Virus record (IMG/VR): IMGVR_UViG_3300038416_000073
Coordinates: 1-29,628 of that record
Strand: one strand, 5' to 3'
DNA from: a virus
Lineage: Duplodnaviria; Caudoviricetes
DNA: 29,628 nucleotides
A program made the translations under genes and the position numbers. Below the pieces are notes generated by a model, which had not been told where the DNA came from, ran no database searches, and saw only the letters and a list, made by a program, of their open reading frames with translations. Below are positions 14,710-25,322 of the stretch, one piece after another. Position 1 is the stretch's first letter; each line of letters begins with the position of its first letter.

Positions 14710-15618
14710 ATGTCGAACCTTGCTGTTCACAATCCAATCACGATGTGGGAGACTATCTCCGGCAACACGGAGCTTACCCAGAATCCTCCGCAGCAATCCG
14801 GGCAGACCTTTAAGGTGGGCTCGCCGCTGGAACTCGCCGTGGCCTTGCCTCCGGTCCCCGGCAACCCCCAGGTTGCCCAGGTGTGGGACGGCACGCTCGG
14901 TTCGCTGATTTACGGTGTGGCTCTTGAGGGCGGTGGAAACCTTGCCACGGCGGGTGAAGGCTACCCTGCCAACTTCGGCCAGCAGGGACCGCCATGGTCA
15001 GCTTTTTCCATCGGCTCTCCGCAGAATCAGCCCGACGCGGTCATCATTCCCTACGGAGCCCCGTCTCTTACCGGCGGCGTGCTGACCATGCTCGCGGTGC
15101 AGGATACAATTTTCCAGGCCCAGGTCGATACCTCCGAGCCCGAGACCGCCATCACCGCAGCGGCCATCGCCTTAGGTGTTATCACGGCAACCGCCGCCAA
15201 TGTGCATTACGTGGGTGAAGTCATTGTTTTTTCCGGGTTCGCTGGCCTCGGCGCTCCCCTGAACGGACAGACGGCTACGGTCCTCACGCTGATCGGCGGG
15301 CCGCCGTCTACCGGCTACACCGCGCAGCTTACCTCGTCTTACAAGGGCGGAGACATTGCCGTGGCGGGTGTGGGTGCGGATGATCCCGGCCCCGTGTCGC
15401 CAGGCCAGTGGAATGTGGGCCAGCAGTATGGCCTCAACGTGGACGCCAACGGCTACTGGTATATCGACGTGAATTTGCGCACCCCGGCGACCAACACCAT
15501 GGTCTCCATCTTCGGCATGTATCAGGGTGATGTGCTGCAATCGAACGCTTTTCTCGAAGTGCCCAACGGGCAACTGCTGTTCCAGTTCCTGCCTGTCCAA
15601 ACAGTGCAGGGATCGTAA
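14710..15618 (+). CDS. Putative capsid decoration/cement protein with an inserted beta domain
   Basis: Directly before MCP; beta-rich; AGGAG RBS. Confidence 0.65.
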   Translation: MSNLAVHNPITMWETISGNTELTQNPPQQSGQTFKVGSPLELAVALPPVPGNPQVAQVWDGTLGSLIYGVALEGGGNLATAGEGYPANFGQQGPPWSAFSIGSPQNQPDAVIIPYGAPSLTGGVLTMLAVQDTIFQAQVDTSEPETAITAAAIALGVITATAANVHYVGEVIVFSGFAGLGAPLNGQTATVLTLIGGPPSTGYTAQLTSSYKGGDIAVAGVGADDPGPVSPGQWNVGQQYGLNVDANGYWYIDVNLRTPATNTMVSIFGMYQGDVLQSNAFLEVPNGQLLFQFLPVQTVQGS

Positions 15619-15637
15619 GGGTTAGGAGAGTAACGCT

Positions 15638-16594
15638 ATGTCCATGGTTCGCGCGAATTTCCCGCAGCTTCTGGCTCCCGGTGCGAGTGAAATCTTTACC
15701 GATTTTCTCGACCTCAAGGACCGTAAAGACTTTCTCGAAGACATCTTCCACGAGCTGCCTTCGACGCGCGCCTACGAGGATGACGCCTTCATCTCGGGCT
15801 TCTCCGCTGCGCAGATCACCCCCGAGAACGCGCCGGTTCCGTTCGTCAACTTGATCGAGGGCGGTAGCGTGCGCTACATCATGCTGAAAAGCACGCTGGC
15901 GGCGCGCGTTTCCTGGGAACTGGTCGAGGACGATCAGTACGACAAGATTTCCAAGTTGCTCGAAGGCTTGGCCAACTCCGCGAACTTTACCATCTCACAG
16001 ACCGGCGCCAACATCTTCAACAACGGTTTCTCGATCATCAACACCGTGGATGGCGTGAGCTTGTTCAACTCGCAGCACCCGCTGCTGCGCGGCTCCGAGG
16101 CTACCAACATCGGCCCCGGCGCAAACTTTACCAGCTACGCTCCCGGCACCTTCCCCAACCGGCCGTCGGTCGACGTGCAGTTGTCGGTTGCGGGCGTGCA
16201 ACTGGGCACAACCCAGATGGAGCGCATGATCGACCAGAGTGGCCTGAGCATTTCGATCAAGCCCAAGAAGGTTATCATCCCACCCGAACTTCGTTTTACG
16301 GCGCGTGAAATCTTCGGCTCTGCCGGAAAACCGGATACGAGCGACAACAATCTCAACTCGATTCTGGGCGAGAACCTGACGTATCGGGTCTGCGACTACC
16401 TGACCGGTCCGACCAACTGGTTCATGGTGGCCGAAAAGGGGCAGCACCGGCTAAAGCACTTCACCCGCACGCCGATCACGTTCGACTTAGACGACGATTT
16501 CAATACCCTTGCCTTCAAGTTCCTCATGTTCTACCGCGAGGCGTGGGGTGTCACGGTATTTTATGGAACCTGGGGATCAAGCCCCACGGTTTAG
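15638..16594 (+). CDS. Major capsid protein (HK97 fold, Mu gpT-like group)
   Basis: RANFPQLLAPG start, S.RAYE, DG.SLFNS.HP, PKKVIIPPEL, YLT.PTNWF, DFNT; 318 aa. Confidence 0.9.
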   Translation: MSMVRANFPQLLAPGASEIFTDFLDLKDRKDFLEDIFHELPSTRAYEDDAFISGFSAAQITPENAPVPFVNLIEGGSVRYIMLKSTLAARVSWELVEDDQYDKISKLLEGLANSANFTISQTGANIFNNGFSIINTVDGVSLFNSQHPLLRGSEATNIGPGANFTSYAPGTFPNRPSVDVQLSVAGVQLGTTQMERMIDQSGLSISIKPKKVIIPPELRFTAREIFGSAGKPDTSDNNLNSILGENLTYRVCDYLTGPTNWFMVAEKGQHRLKHFTRTPITFDLDDDFNTLAFKFLMFYREAWGVTVFYGTWGSSPTV

Positions 16595-16603
16595 GGAGGC
16601 GAG

Positions 16604-16906
16604 ATGCCAGGGTATCGCGGCATAGGTTGTGCAGTTGGGGGAAAAACCGGCGTGCGGCAGGCTCGCCGTCGGTTTGCTCCCGATTACCACTACGACTCGC
16701 TCTCCGGCTTTCGCGTGGGCATCGGCGACTCCATCTGGCAGCAGGGCAATCTCAGGGCAGGGAAGTTCGCTGATACCGGGACTTATGCCCTGATCGGATC
16801 GCGGGATGCGGCGATTGCACGGGCGATTGAGTACTCGACGAGCGATTTGCAGCCCGACCCGAAGCTGGCGCAGCCCAATATGCCGGAAGACGATGTGTTC
16901 TTTTAA
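16604..16906 (+). CDS. Hypothetical virion-module protein
   Basis: GGAGG RBS; in operon. Confidence 0.7.
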   Translation: MPGYRGIGCAVGGKTGVRQARRRFAPDYHYDSLSGFRVGIGDSIWQQGNLRAGKFADTGTYALIGSRDAAIARAIEYSTSDLQPDPKLAQPNMPEDDVFF

Positions 16907-16915
16907 GGAGTTGTT

Positions 16916-17434
16916 ATGCCCGTAAGCAAAGCGCCGTTTCTTTCCAGTCCGGTAGTTGGTTTCTTTCCCGCCACACCCGCCAACGTGGTTGCCGGCACGG
17001 TAACGGTGAGTGCGCCCGCTCCAGGCAATTTCGGTATTGCGCTGGGCAATACAGATACGGGCATCTTTCAATTTCCGATTCCGGGGCTGGGGCAGTGTCC
17101 CGCCGAAGCGCTTCCGCCTTACGAACAGTACAACAATTCGGTTGCGGTCGAGCTCGATCAGAACCTTCTCACGGTGAATTACTCGGCTGCCGGCGATGCG
17201 TTGGTCGTGGCGGCTGTCGGTATCTATGCAACTTACTATGACGCCACGGGCGCTACGGTGACGACGCTGCTGGATCAGACGGCACTGCCGACGGATATTG
17301 GGACGTATGCCGCGCAGATTCCCATCAACAAGCTGCCTGCGGTTCCGGTGCCGAACAGTGTTGTGGTGGTGATCCTGGAAATGGTTACCTCGGGCAACGG
17401 CACGGCGGTCATAAACGGAATTTCGGTGAACTGA
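16916..17434 (+). CDS. Beta-rich putative virion protein
   Basis: AAGGAG RBS; composition. Confidence 0.75.
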   Translation: MPVSKAPFLSSPVVGFFPATPANVVAGTVTVSAPAPGNFGIALGNTDTGIFQFPIPGLGQCPAEALPPYEQYNNSVAVELDQNLLTVNYSAAGDALVVAAVGIYATYYDATGATVTTLLDQTALPTDIGTYAAQIPINKLPAVPVPNSVVVVILEMVTSGNGTAVINGISVN

Positions 17435-17736
17435 TGGCGAATAACGCAGCGTGGAATCCGATCTATGTAGACACGGCGCCCTTCGTGTGGAATCCCAATG
17501 TGGCTGGCGAGCCTGGCCGCATTCCTCTGCGCATCGAAACGATTGTCTGGTCTGGCTATACAGCCAACGACAACAAGGCTGTGGTGCAGGATGCCTACGG
17601 GCACATGATCTGGAACGCCTACGGATATGCCGCCGACTTCCAGCAGGAGAGCCCGAAGATCGGCTGGGTGAACGGCCTTCAGGTAACCGAGCTTGACGAA
17701 GGGGTTCTACAAATCTACCTGGGATTCAAGAATTGA
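17434..17736 (+). CDS. Small beta-rich putative virion protein
   Basis: TGATG coupling; GL.V..LD.G.L.IY C-terminus. Confidence 0.75.
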   Translation: MANNAAWNPIYVDTAPFVWNPNVAGEPGRIPLRIETIVWSGYTANDNKAVVQDAYGHMIWNAYGYAADFQQESPKIGWVNGLQVTELDEGVLQIYLGFKN

Positions 17737-17748
17737 AGGGGGCGCTCG

Positions 17749-19869
17749 ATGCCCGGCGCTCTCCAATCTAAAGGCGATGGCGAGTATCCCTACTCCGCGC
17801 CATTTACCGGCCTCAATCTTTCTCTTCCCTCCATCGTCTTGCCGCCTACGGCGCAGGATGCCGCGACCTCGCCTAACTTTTCCATCGTGCGCGGGTCGAT
17901 TGCTGCGCCGTGGCCTTATACCGATACGCTTTTCGGAAGCACGCTCAATAGCGGGGAGTATCTGTTGTTTGTCACGGCTTCCGGCTACGTCGTAACCAAT
18001 CAGGCCATCTACCAGATTCAGCCCACGGCAACCCCGGCTACGGCGTGGCAGTTGGTATCCGTCGCCACCATGCCGCCGGGAGCGTGGCCGGCGCAGGGAA
18101 ACAACAATCCCATTCCCTTCATCGAGACTAACGGCTGCCTGTTCTTTGCCTGCAACCTCGGCATCTACTTCTACTCCCCGCTCAATACGCCCACAATCAA
18201 GCCCTGGGCCATCAACTTCTCGGCCAACTACCTCACCATCTTCAATCAGCGCATGGTGTTGGTGGGATTGTTCGCCACCACGCAAGCCACAATTCCCGGT
18301 TTGCCTTCAGGAGCGCAGGGAGCTTCCGGCACTTTGGCTGACGGAACGTACTACGCGGTGGTGACGGCGCTGTTTGGCGATGGCACGGAATCGGCGGCCA
18401 GCCTCGAGGGAACCGGAACGGTAATTGCTGGGGGCGGTGCCGCGGATCTGGTCTGGACCTGGACAGCGGTTCCGGGCGCCGTGAGCTACAACATTTACAT
18501 TGGTTCGGCGGCGGGAGAGGAAAACGAAGTTTTCAATGTTGCTGTCAACACTTTCGATTTGACCAGTTATAGTGCGGGCACGGTTTCGCCTCCAGTGGTA
18601 GCGCCGATCACTCCCTGGACGGTTGCGTGGAGCGCGGTCTCGACATTCTCCAATCTTTCCGTGGGCAGCTTCAACGCCGCGCCCAACACCGATGCCGGCG
18701 TGGTGGGCGGGTGGGACGTGCTGACTAACTATAGCCAAGGTATCCCGGTAGGTATTGTCAATCTTGGTCACTCCATCTACATCCAGATGACGCAGGGGAT
18801 TGTCGAGATGGATCCGGCGGCAAGTGGTTTGGGTCCGTACACCTTCTACAACTACTGGCAGGAGCGCATTCCCGTGGGCGCGATTCAGGGCAGCGTCGAC
18901 CAGTTCGGACCCATCGCATCGTTTCTCACTCCCGACAACGTAAACGTGTGGATACCGGGATCGCAGACGCAGATTGGCCTTCAGGTGATGCCGTTGATTC
19001 GCAGCCTGCTTATCAATACGGAACAGCAGATCATCGCCGGTGCGGCGTATCCCCTGATCCAGAATCCCACACTCAACGCCAGTTTCTATACCTTTTACAA
19101 CGAGTTGCACTATGCGCTGATCTTTCAGATGTATGGAGTGAAGCCGGGACCGGGCGATCAACTGGCCAATCCCTCGTGGTTCGGCTTGCTGCTCGATTAC
19201 AACTTCGCTTCCCAAGCGTGGTCGATGCAGATCGTGCCGCCGCTGACGACCAAGCTGTTTCAGGTGAACGGCCCGCCGATCACTGAGACGACGTTCTCCG
19301 GCGTTCCCAGTCAGAGCTTCCTGATTGCCGGATCTCAAGAGGGGCCGAATGCTCCTACCGAATGGGTAGTCTTCGCGGGCGATGTGTTCAACCGCGTCAT
19401 GTTTTCGGGCTACCAGTGTCAGGCATTGGCCAGCGTTCCGCAGCCCTGCCAAGTAGGATTTCCGCAGACGCCTATCTCTGCCGGCCACAGGCCCGCGGTG
19501 CGGCGGGTGAGGATTGAGTATTCCTGGGACGAAATGGCGCTGGCCAGCGGTCCCGCTCCGGTCGACCTTGAGATCACGATGACGGGAACCATTACGCAGA
19601 ACACCGGATCGAGCGGCGGCAACGGGGTTGCCACGACTTCGATTTTCAGCAAGACGGTGACAATTCAGGTTGAGCCGCCAGGTGCGGTGGGCAACGCCTT
19701 GGCAACCGCGATTATTCCCTGCCTGACGGCCACCGCTTACGCGGATTTTGTGCTTTCGGTGGAGAATCCGCAGGTAACGCTCCAGTGGACCGATCCGAGT
19801 GCGGAACAAAGGCTTTTGATTCATCGAATTACGCTACTTTGCAACGACACTAAAGGGACCACCCAATAA
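17749..19869 (+). CDS. Putative tail nozzle/DNA-stabilisation protein (beta-propeller-like) with an FN3-like insert
   Basis: 706 aa; PFTGLN start, [16 protein letters not shown] motifs; TYYAVVTA...[13 protein letters not shown] insert. Confidence 0.65.
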   Translation: MPGALQSKGDGEYPYSAPFTGLNLSLPSIVLPPTAQDAATSPNFSIVRGSIAAPWPYTDTLFGSTLNSGEYLLFVTASGYVVTNQAIYQIQPTATPATAWQLVSVATMPPGAWPAQGNNNPIPFIETNGCLFFACNLGIYFYSPLNTPTIKPWAINFSANYLTIFNQRMVLVGLFATTQATIPGLPSGAQGASGTLADGTYYAVVTALFGDGTESAASLEGTGTVIAGGGAADLVWTWTAVPGAVSYNIYIGSAAGEENEVFNVAVNTFDLTSYSAGTVSPPVVAPITPWTVAWSAVSTFSNLSVGSFNAAPNTDAGVVGGWDVLTNYSQGIPVGIVNLGHSIYIQMTQGIVEMDPAASGLGPYTFYNYWQERIPVGAIQGSVDQFGPIASFLTPDNVNVWIPGSQTQIGLQVMPLIRSLLINTEQQIIAGAAYPLIQNPTLNASFYTFYNELHYALIFQMYGVKPGPGDQLANPSWFGLLLDYNFASQAWSMQIVPPLTTKLFQVNGPPITETTFSGVPSQSFLIAGSQEGPNAPTEWVVFAGDVFNRVMFSGYQCQALASVPQPCQVGFPQTPISAGHRPAVRRVRIEYSWDEMALASGPAPVDLEITMTGTITQNTGSSGGNGVATTSIFSKTVTIQVEPPGAVGNALATAIIPCLTATAYADFVLSVENPQVTLQWTDPSAEQRLLIHRITLLCNDTKGTTQ

Positions 19870-19870
19870 C

Positions 19871-20740
19871 ATGGCTCCGCCTACCACACGCCCGGTACTG
19901 ACCTCGCCGCCGACGCGCATGGCGCTGGGCAACGATCAGTGGTTCATGCGGGAGAAGTTCTGCGACGCCATTGGAGCGTTGAATCTCGCGGTGCAGAACC
20001 TTGAGGGAATTGTCGGCCCAGAGAGCTTTCCCGCCGTTATGCACGAGTTCATCAATTCCTACGACGCCACGACTGGCATATTCACAGCGCTGCAGCCGCA
20101 TTTCGACGACATTTTGGGCGTAGCGGCAACCGATCAGATCGGCACGGGCACGCCTCTGGCGGGTACGTACGTCGATGGCGGCAGCGGAGCATGGACGCCG
20201 CTTTCTTCCGGGCCTGCAGGATCGACGGGAGCCACCGGCGCGACGGGCGCAACAGGTGCGACCGGAGCTACCGGCCACGTCGGTCCAACAGGCGCAGTCG
20301 GTCCTACGGGCGACACGGGAGCGACGGGTACGATAGGTCCGAATGGTGCTACAGGTAGTACGGGTGCAACGGGTGCCACAGGTTTTGGCGCGACAGGTTC
20401 GACTGGAGCAACTGGAGCGGTAGGTGCAACCGGATCGACGGGTAGCACAGGAGCAGCCTCAACCATTCCCGGCCCAACCGGCGCTACCGGTGCGACCGGC
20501 TCAACTGGAGCGCAAGGACCAAATTGGACTCCGGTTCGCAACGAAGGGGTTACTGGAAGCGGGACATCATGGACGTTGGGCGCGACGGCACTTTACGGAG
20601 TAAGCCTCTACGCAGAGAGTGCGCGGCTTTATCCTGGCGCAACGGCGGGCGCTGCCGACTATGTCATCTCTGGGCTCTCGATCACTACGACAAATTCCTA
20701 TGCAGCGGGGCAAATCAATGCGGACTATGAAAAAGCTTAA
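19871..20740 (+). CDS. Collagen-like tail fibre protein
   Basis: About 100-residue Gly-X-Y (mostly G-X-T) tract. Confidence 0.85.
   Translation: MAPPTTRPVLTSPPTRMALGNDQWFMREKFCDAIGALNLAVQNLEGIVGPESFPAVMHEFINSYDATTGIFTALQPHFDDILGVAATDQIGTGTPLAGTYVDGGSGAWTPLSSGPAGSTGATGATGATGATGATGHVGPTGAVGPTGDTGATGTIGPNGATGSTGATGATGFGATGSTGATGAVGATGSTGSTGAASTIPGPTGATGATGSTGAQGPNWTPVRNEGVTGSGTSWTLGATALYGVSLYAESARLYPGATAGAADYVISGLSITTTNSYAAGQINADYEKA
20210..20522 (+). repeat. Gly-X-Thr collagen-like coding repeat
   Basis: [16 protein letters not shown]...GAQGP with two interruptions. Confidence 0.9.
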
Positions 20741-21581
20741 GCCATATTTCATCCTTGGCGGAATCATCGTTGTCTGCCTTGCGCTCTCGGCTGCGACCAG
20801 TTTCGTGCTTGCTGTCAATGGTGGCACAGGCGAAGCGGGAACAATCACAGGCATTCCCTACGCCAACGGGACCAGCGCGTACACGGCGGCGACGACAGCA
20901 CAGATCAACACTTTGATCGGATATACGCCTGCACCGAGCTTGCCGTACCTCGTGAAAAATACCTACGTTTCGCCCGGTGGGTCCACTTTAGCCTCGGTCA
21001 CAAGCCCAGCAATCACGGTCGCGGCGGGGGATATAGTCGTGGTATTTTGCAGGAGCAACGGAACCCCTACAGCCGATGTGGCCAGCAGTACACCTTCAAA
21101 TTCATTTACCCCGCTTACGATTCAGCAAGCGGGAAGTTCGCCATCTTCCCAAATGTCATACTCGTCTGTGGCTGCTGCATCCACGACCTTCACTTGCACG
21201 CCAAGCGTGTCAGAGCCTTACATCGGCATGGTCGTAATGGATCTCAGGGGAAGCTCTCTAACCAGCACCGTGAACACATCGACGGGGAATACGAAGGTAT
21301 CGGCTACCAATTTCGACACCATGACGCTCACGACGACGCAGCGCACAGCAATTGTGGACTGCGGAACCTTTGCTAACGCCTCTTATGCAGCTTATGGGCT
21401 TCCTTTGGCTGGACCCTATCCCGCTACAGCGATAGCCGGTGATAGTGCAAGTTTGGTCACTCTCGGAAGCGACGAATGCGGTCTTATCATCGCACCAAGC
21501 ACTTTCGTGGGAAATGTAAGTATTGGACCCCTTTCTGCTGCTGCGGCTTGGTCTGGAAGCGCAGTAGCGTTTGATTATTAA
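20727..21581 (+). CDS. Ser/Thr-rich fibre or receptor-binding-like protein with an N-terminal signal/TM segment
   Basis: [22 protein letters not shown]; LAVNGGTG fibre motif; beta-sandwich-like C-domain ([11 protein letters not shown]). Confidence 0.7.
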   Translation: MKKLKPYFILGGIIVVCLALSAATSFVLAVNGGTGEAGTITGIPYANGTSAYTAATTAQINTLIGYTPAPSLPYLVKNTYVSPGGSTLASVTSPAITVAAGDIVVVFCRSNGTPTADVASSTPSNSFTPLTIQQAGSSPSSQMSYSSVAAASTTFTCTPSVSEPYIGMVVMDLRGSSLTSTVNTSTGNTKVSATNFDTMTLTTTQRTAIVDCGTFANASYAAYGLPLAGPYPATAIAGDSASLVTLGSDECGLIIAPSTFVGNVSIGPLSAAAAWSGSAVAFDY

Positions 21582-21612
21582 GGCTGTAAAGGGGTTATGA
21601 TAGGGAGCAACG

Positions 21613-22392
21613 ATGTCTACATGGAATCCGTTAGCGCCGAATCTTCCTAATCTGGGCACTGTAGAAAGTCTTGTTCCCTCGGTCGTTCAGAAGTTCGGCA
21701 ACAGGCAGGATCTGAACTCGACCGAAGACGGCTCGCCCGCGGTGGTAGCGATTCTCGAATCGGTTGCGGAACTGACCGAAACCTACGAGTTTGAGGAGTT
21801 GAAGTATCGCTCTCCCACAGGCCAACTCGTAGCCACACAGAGCGAGTATTCCATTGCCTCTCTGATTGCAGGCAACCCCATCAATGCTAAAGACTTGACC
21901 AAGATGTTCACCATCACCTTCTGGTTTAAGGGCAAGGTAAAGGCAGTCCGCAATCTCAAGTACCGGCGCTATCCCACGGTTGTGATGTACGCCTTCGGTG
22001 AGGGCGGGCCAGGCAATATCTCGACGCCGCCGATCTACTGGTCGCGCTACAACAACAACATCTCGCTTGGACCTGCTCCAGACCAGAATTACTACTTTTT
22101 CACCATGTTGCAGTTGCGGCATCCGAATCCCACCACAAGCCAGTCCGCGCAGCTTATTTACATGGCCGACTCGTGGCGGGACATTGTGGCGTACTCGGCG
22201 GCAATGCGGCTGGCGGCGAACGAGGGCGCATTCGATTACCGCGACAATATATATCGGATGCTGCATGGCGATCCTAAAACGCGCCAGCCTGGGCTTATCA
22301 TGGGACGAGTGCCCCAGATGGAGCGCGACGAAATGTCCAACGAGCGCCAGTTGAGCGTGGCCATCTCGCGCTACGGACATGGGAGGGTGTGA
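21613..22392 (+). CDS. Head-tail adaptor (tail tubular protein A-like)
   Basis: T..QSEY, P..W....I.LGPAPDQNY, W.D.VAY.AA motifs typical of podoviral adaptors. Confidence 0.8.
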   Translation: MSTWNPLAPNLPNLGTVESLVPSVVQKFGNRQDLNSTEDGSPAVVAILESVAELTETYEFEELKYRSPTGQLVATQSEYSIASLIAGNPINAKDLTKMFTITFWFKGKVKAVRNLKYRRYPTVVMYAFGEGGPGNISTPPIYWSRYNNNISLGPAPDQNYYFFTMLQLRHPNPTTSQSAQLIYMADSWRDIVAYSAAMRLAANEGAFDYRDNIYRMLHGDPKTRQPGLIMGRVPQMERDEMSNERQLSVAISRYGHGRV

Positions 22393-23258
22393 TGGGCGGA
22401 TTCAACATGCCGACATTCGGTGCGCAACCTGTAACTGTTCCGCCATCGCTCTATGCCGGAAATCAGGGCGCGGGCGGAATGCCGGTTCCCATAGGCTCTC
22501 CAGTGAAAGCGACGACAGGCAACCCAATGCTGCCTACTAGCCTTCCCGGTCCTCAAGCTCCGGCCATGCCGGTTGCACCATCGGCTCCCAACGGCCTTAC
22601 CGCATCTCCAACTCCCGGCAGTCCGCAGGCTCCCGGAGCGCCGGGCACCGCGACCGGCACCATGAGCGGGTTGACCTCGACACAGGCCGGCCGCGTGCTT
22701 GGCGAGAATCAGAATTATCTCGGGCAGGGCATGGGTGCGTTGGTGACGAATTATCTTGAGACCGGCGCCGGGTACAACGGGCCTCTGGCGCAGCAGGCCA
22801 TCACCGCAACCGATACCGCCATGCAGCAGCAAATCAATCAGCAGTACGGTTCGCTGCAAACTTCGCTGGCCAATGCGGGTTTGAGTCCGAATTCGAGCGC
22901 ATCGGCGCTGGCAACGTCGAATTTCCTGTCGAACGCATCGGCACAGGAGAATGAAGTCGCTGCGCAGCAGTACACGCAGATGTACTCGCAATCGCAGCAG
23001 GATTACCTTTCCATGTTGCAACAGTTAACGGGCATCAATAATTACGGCACGCTGCATCAGCAAACGGCTATGGGCGCAATCGGCTCGTTCCTGACGGGCG
23101 GTGTTGGCGGGCTGGTGCAATACGAAGGCGGTCCAGCGGGTACGGCGGGAAACGTGACAGATCAGCAGGGCATCATGGGACCATATGGAAGCTCGTCGGG
23201 TGGCGGAAGCGCGGCTAACATCGCGCAATCTCTCGCAGGCACGAGCATGGAGTTTTAG
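22389..23258 (+). CDS. Putative ejection/internal virion protein 1
   Basis: G/Q/S/A-rich, LAN.GL..SSASA motif; follows the adaptor. Confidence 0.7.
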   Translation: MMGGFNMPTFGAQPVTVPPSLYAGNQGAGGMPVPIGSPVKATTGNPMLPTSLPGPQAPAMPVAPSAPNGLTASPTPGSPQAPGAPGTATGTMSGLTSTQAGRVLGENQNYLGQGMGALVTNYLETGAGYNGPLAQQAITATDTAMQQQINQQYGSLQTSLANAGLSPNSSASALATSNFLSNASAQENEVAAQQYTQMYSQSQQDYLSMLQQLTGINNYGTLHQQTAMGAIGSFLTGGVGGLVQYEGGPAGTAGNVTDQQGIMGPYGSSSGGGSAANIAQSLAGTSMEF

Positions 23259-25322
23259 ATGAGCACAATGCCGATGCCAGTTCCGCAACAGCAAACACCG
23301 CCTATGCCGCAGGGCCAGTCACCACAACAGTCTCCGCAGCCATTGGCGGGGTTTCCTGGGCAACCACAGCAGCCACAAGCTGCGCAGCCGATGCCGGTAG
23401 CGCAATCTCCGCAACCCGATCCGCGGCAGAAGATTCAGCAGGGTGTGCAGAAAGCTACGGCCACGCTCTCGAAGGCGGCTACCTCGCTTCCGCAAGTTGT
23501 TCAGCAATCTGTCCAGCAGCATGATTCGATGACCAAGTTGCGCGATAAGCAGGTCATTGACCTTGTAGCCAATTCGCATGTGGCGCAGGTAACGGCGCTC
23601 GACAAGATCAACAATCAGTTGAAGCCGCTCGTCGAAGAGCTCGACCAGCACATGAAGGAAGCGCAGGCGTTGCCCGATTCCGACCCGCAGAAGATCGGCA
23701 AGATCGGTTACCTCGCGCATCTTCACGCCGATGTGGTAGGGGCAATCAAGCAGCAGATGCAGGCGGTTCAGCAATCGCAGCAGGCAGTTCAGGCCATCAT
23801 GGCCGATCCCAAGAATCGCAAACTGCTCTCCAAAGCTGTCGGCTACGACGAGAAGCAGGCCAACTCACCCGAGCGCCAGATGATGATTGCGGCGATCAAT
23901 GCGGGTATGCAGCAGATTCAGCAGGGCGCAAAGAAGGCGATGGCGAACCTGCCGCCGCCTGTTCCGCAGACGCAGCAAGGCGAAGGCCCAAATCCCAATA
24001 TGCCACCCAGCGCGTTAGGTGGGAGTGAATCTGTACCGCCATTGCCTGCCTCTGCCGCGCAGCCGCCCAATGTCCAGCAGGGTACGCCGAAATGGGGCCA
24101 GATGAGCGGCGGCCAGAAACTGGCTCGCGTGGCTGAAATCATCGGCACTATCGCCATGCCTCAGCAGATGCAATTGATTCCTGGCACGCCACAGAACAAG
24201 CAACTCTTGCAGCAGAAAGCGATTGCGCTTCAAGAGCAACTTCTCAAGATGAAGCAGGAAGAAGCCACAATCGAAGAGACGAAGGCTAAGGCTGGTGCGG
24301 CGGCGCTTACCCCCGCATCGCAAGAGGAAGCCGATGCTTACGGTGTTCCCGTTGGCACTATGCTAAATGCGGCCAGTCGCGCGGCTCTTGCCAAACAGGC
24401 AGGAATCAATGTAACAAAAGTCAAGACGACCGGGATGACCGATCAGACGAGAAAGGACATTGCCGACGCCGGTAACTTGACGAAGATTAAGCTCGCGCAA
24501 CTCAAGCCTGAGCAGAGGGATGATCGTGCGATTCGATTAATGGAAAAGCCTCCGGAAGACCGTACCCAAGAGGAGAATGCTTATCTTGGTGCATACGCTC
24601 GTTGGGTGGAACAGACCAAAGTCTTGCCGGGTGTGGCGCGTGCGCAGGCTTTTGGATCATTCCGTCCTGTGCAGGTTGTGAATGCTGACGGATCAACGCG
24701 GTATGAATTCAGTGGGCAGGCGATTTCTTCTGGTGCTCCGGGTACTTCAAGTCTACCCTTCCGCACTGCGGTAAGAATGGCGTCTTACATGACTTCCGGT
24801 AAAGGCGGGGTGACGCTTACTGCATATAGAACCGCTTACGATCACCTTGATCTTTTACAGAAAGCTGTGGATGCGCTTCAGAATGGGGATATGCAGACAC
24901 TGAATAGTATGAACAATTTCTTCAAGGAACAATTCGGCCAACCGGCGCCTACCAATTTCGATGCTATCAAAACTATGCTTGCGGGAGAGGTTGCCAACGT
25001 AGCAAAGGCGACAGGAGCTACGGATCAAGAAATAGAGGCCACTCGTAAAGAATTTGTTCGGAACGCATCGCCAGCACAATTTGCGGGAGTTATTCAATCA
25101 AATCAGGATTTGCTAGACCAAAAGGCGCAGGAAATGCTCAAACAGTACACCGGAGGAATGCAGGGACAGCCGGTGTTTGGGCATGGTGCAACGGCGGGCG
25201 GTGGCCCGACTCCGCAAACCCATAAATTCAGCGTCAGTGCATGGCAAAGAGCCAATCCGAAGGGTGATGTGAACGCAGCAAAGGCTGCTGCACAACAGCA
25301 GAATTATCAAATAGTGCCATAA
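23259..25322 (+). CDS. Putative ejection/internal virion protein 2
   Basis: Q/P-rich N-half; helical C-domain TAYDHL..L...AL.NG...PTNFDA.K...A.EVA. Confidence 0.75.
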   Translation: MSTMPMPVPQQQTPPMPQGQSPQQSPQPLAGFPGQPQQPQAAQPMPVAQSPQPDPRQKIQQGVQKATATLSKAATSLPQVVQQSVQQHDSMTKLRDKQVIDLVANSHVAQVTALDKINNQLKPLVEELDQHMKEAQALPDSDPQKIGKIGYLAHLHADVVGAIKQQMQAVQQSQQAVQAIMADPKNRKLLSKAVGYDEKQANSPERQMMIAAINAGMQQIQQGAKKAMANLPPPVPQTQQGEGPNPNMPPSALGGSESVPPLPASAAQPPNVQQGTPKWGQMSGGQKLARVAEIIGTIAMPQQMQLIPGTPQNKQLLQQKAIALQEQLLKMKQEEATIEETKAKAGAAALTPASQEEADAYGVPVGTMLNAASRAALAKQAGINVTKVKTTGMTDQTRKDIADAGNLTKIKLAQLKPEQRDDRAIRLMEKPPEDRTQEENAYLGAYARWVEQTKVLPGVARAQAFGSFRPVQVVNADGSTRYEFSGQAISSGAPGTSSLPFRTAVRMASYMTSGKGGVTLTAYRTAYDHLDLLQKAVDALQNGDMQTLNSMNNFFKEQFGQPAPTNFDAIKTMLAGEVANVAKATGATDQEIEATRKEFVRNASPAQFAGVIQSNQDLLDQKAQEMLKQYTGGMQGQPVFGHGATAGGGPTPQTHKFSVSAWQRANPKGDVNAAKAAAQQQNYQIVP

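Noticed and set aside
18307-19824. Long antisense ORFs (505 aa here; also 10624..11445, 13904..14671, 21631..22380, 742..1434, 1589..2338)
   Set aside because: They are shadow frames opposite well-supported genes in GC-rich DNA, with no motifs or RBS
23256-23261. TAG-ATG in-frame junction as stop readthrough or amber recoding
   Set aside because: A GGAG SD precedes the ATG, and TAG terminates other genes normally (e.g. 7064, 14695, 16594) with no sign of TAG-fragmented genes
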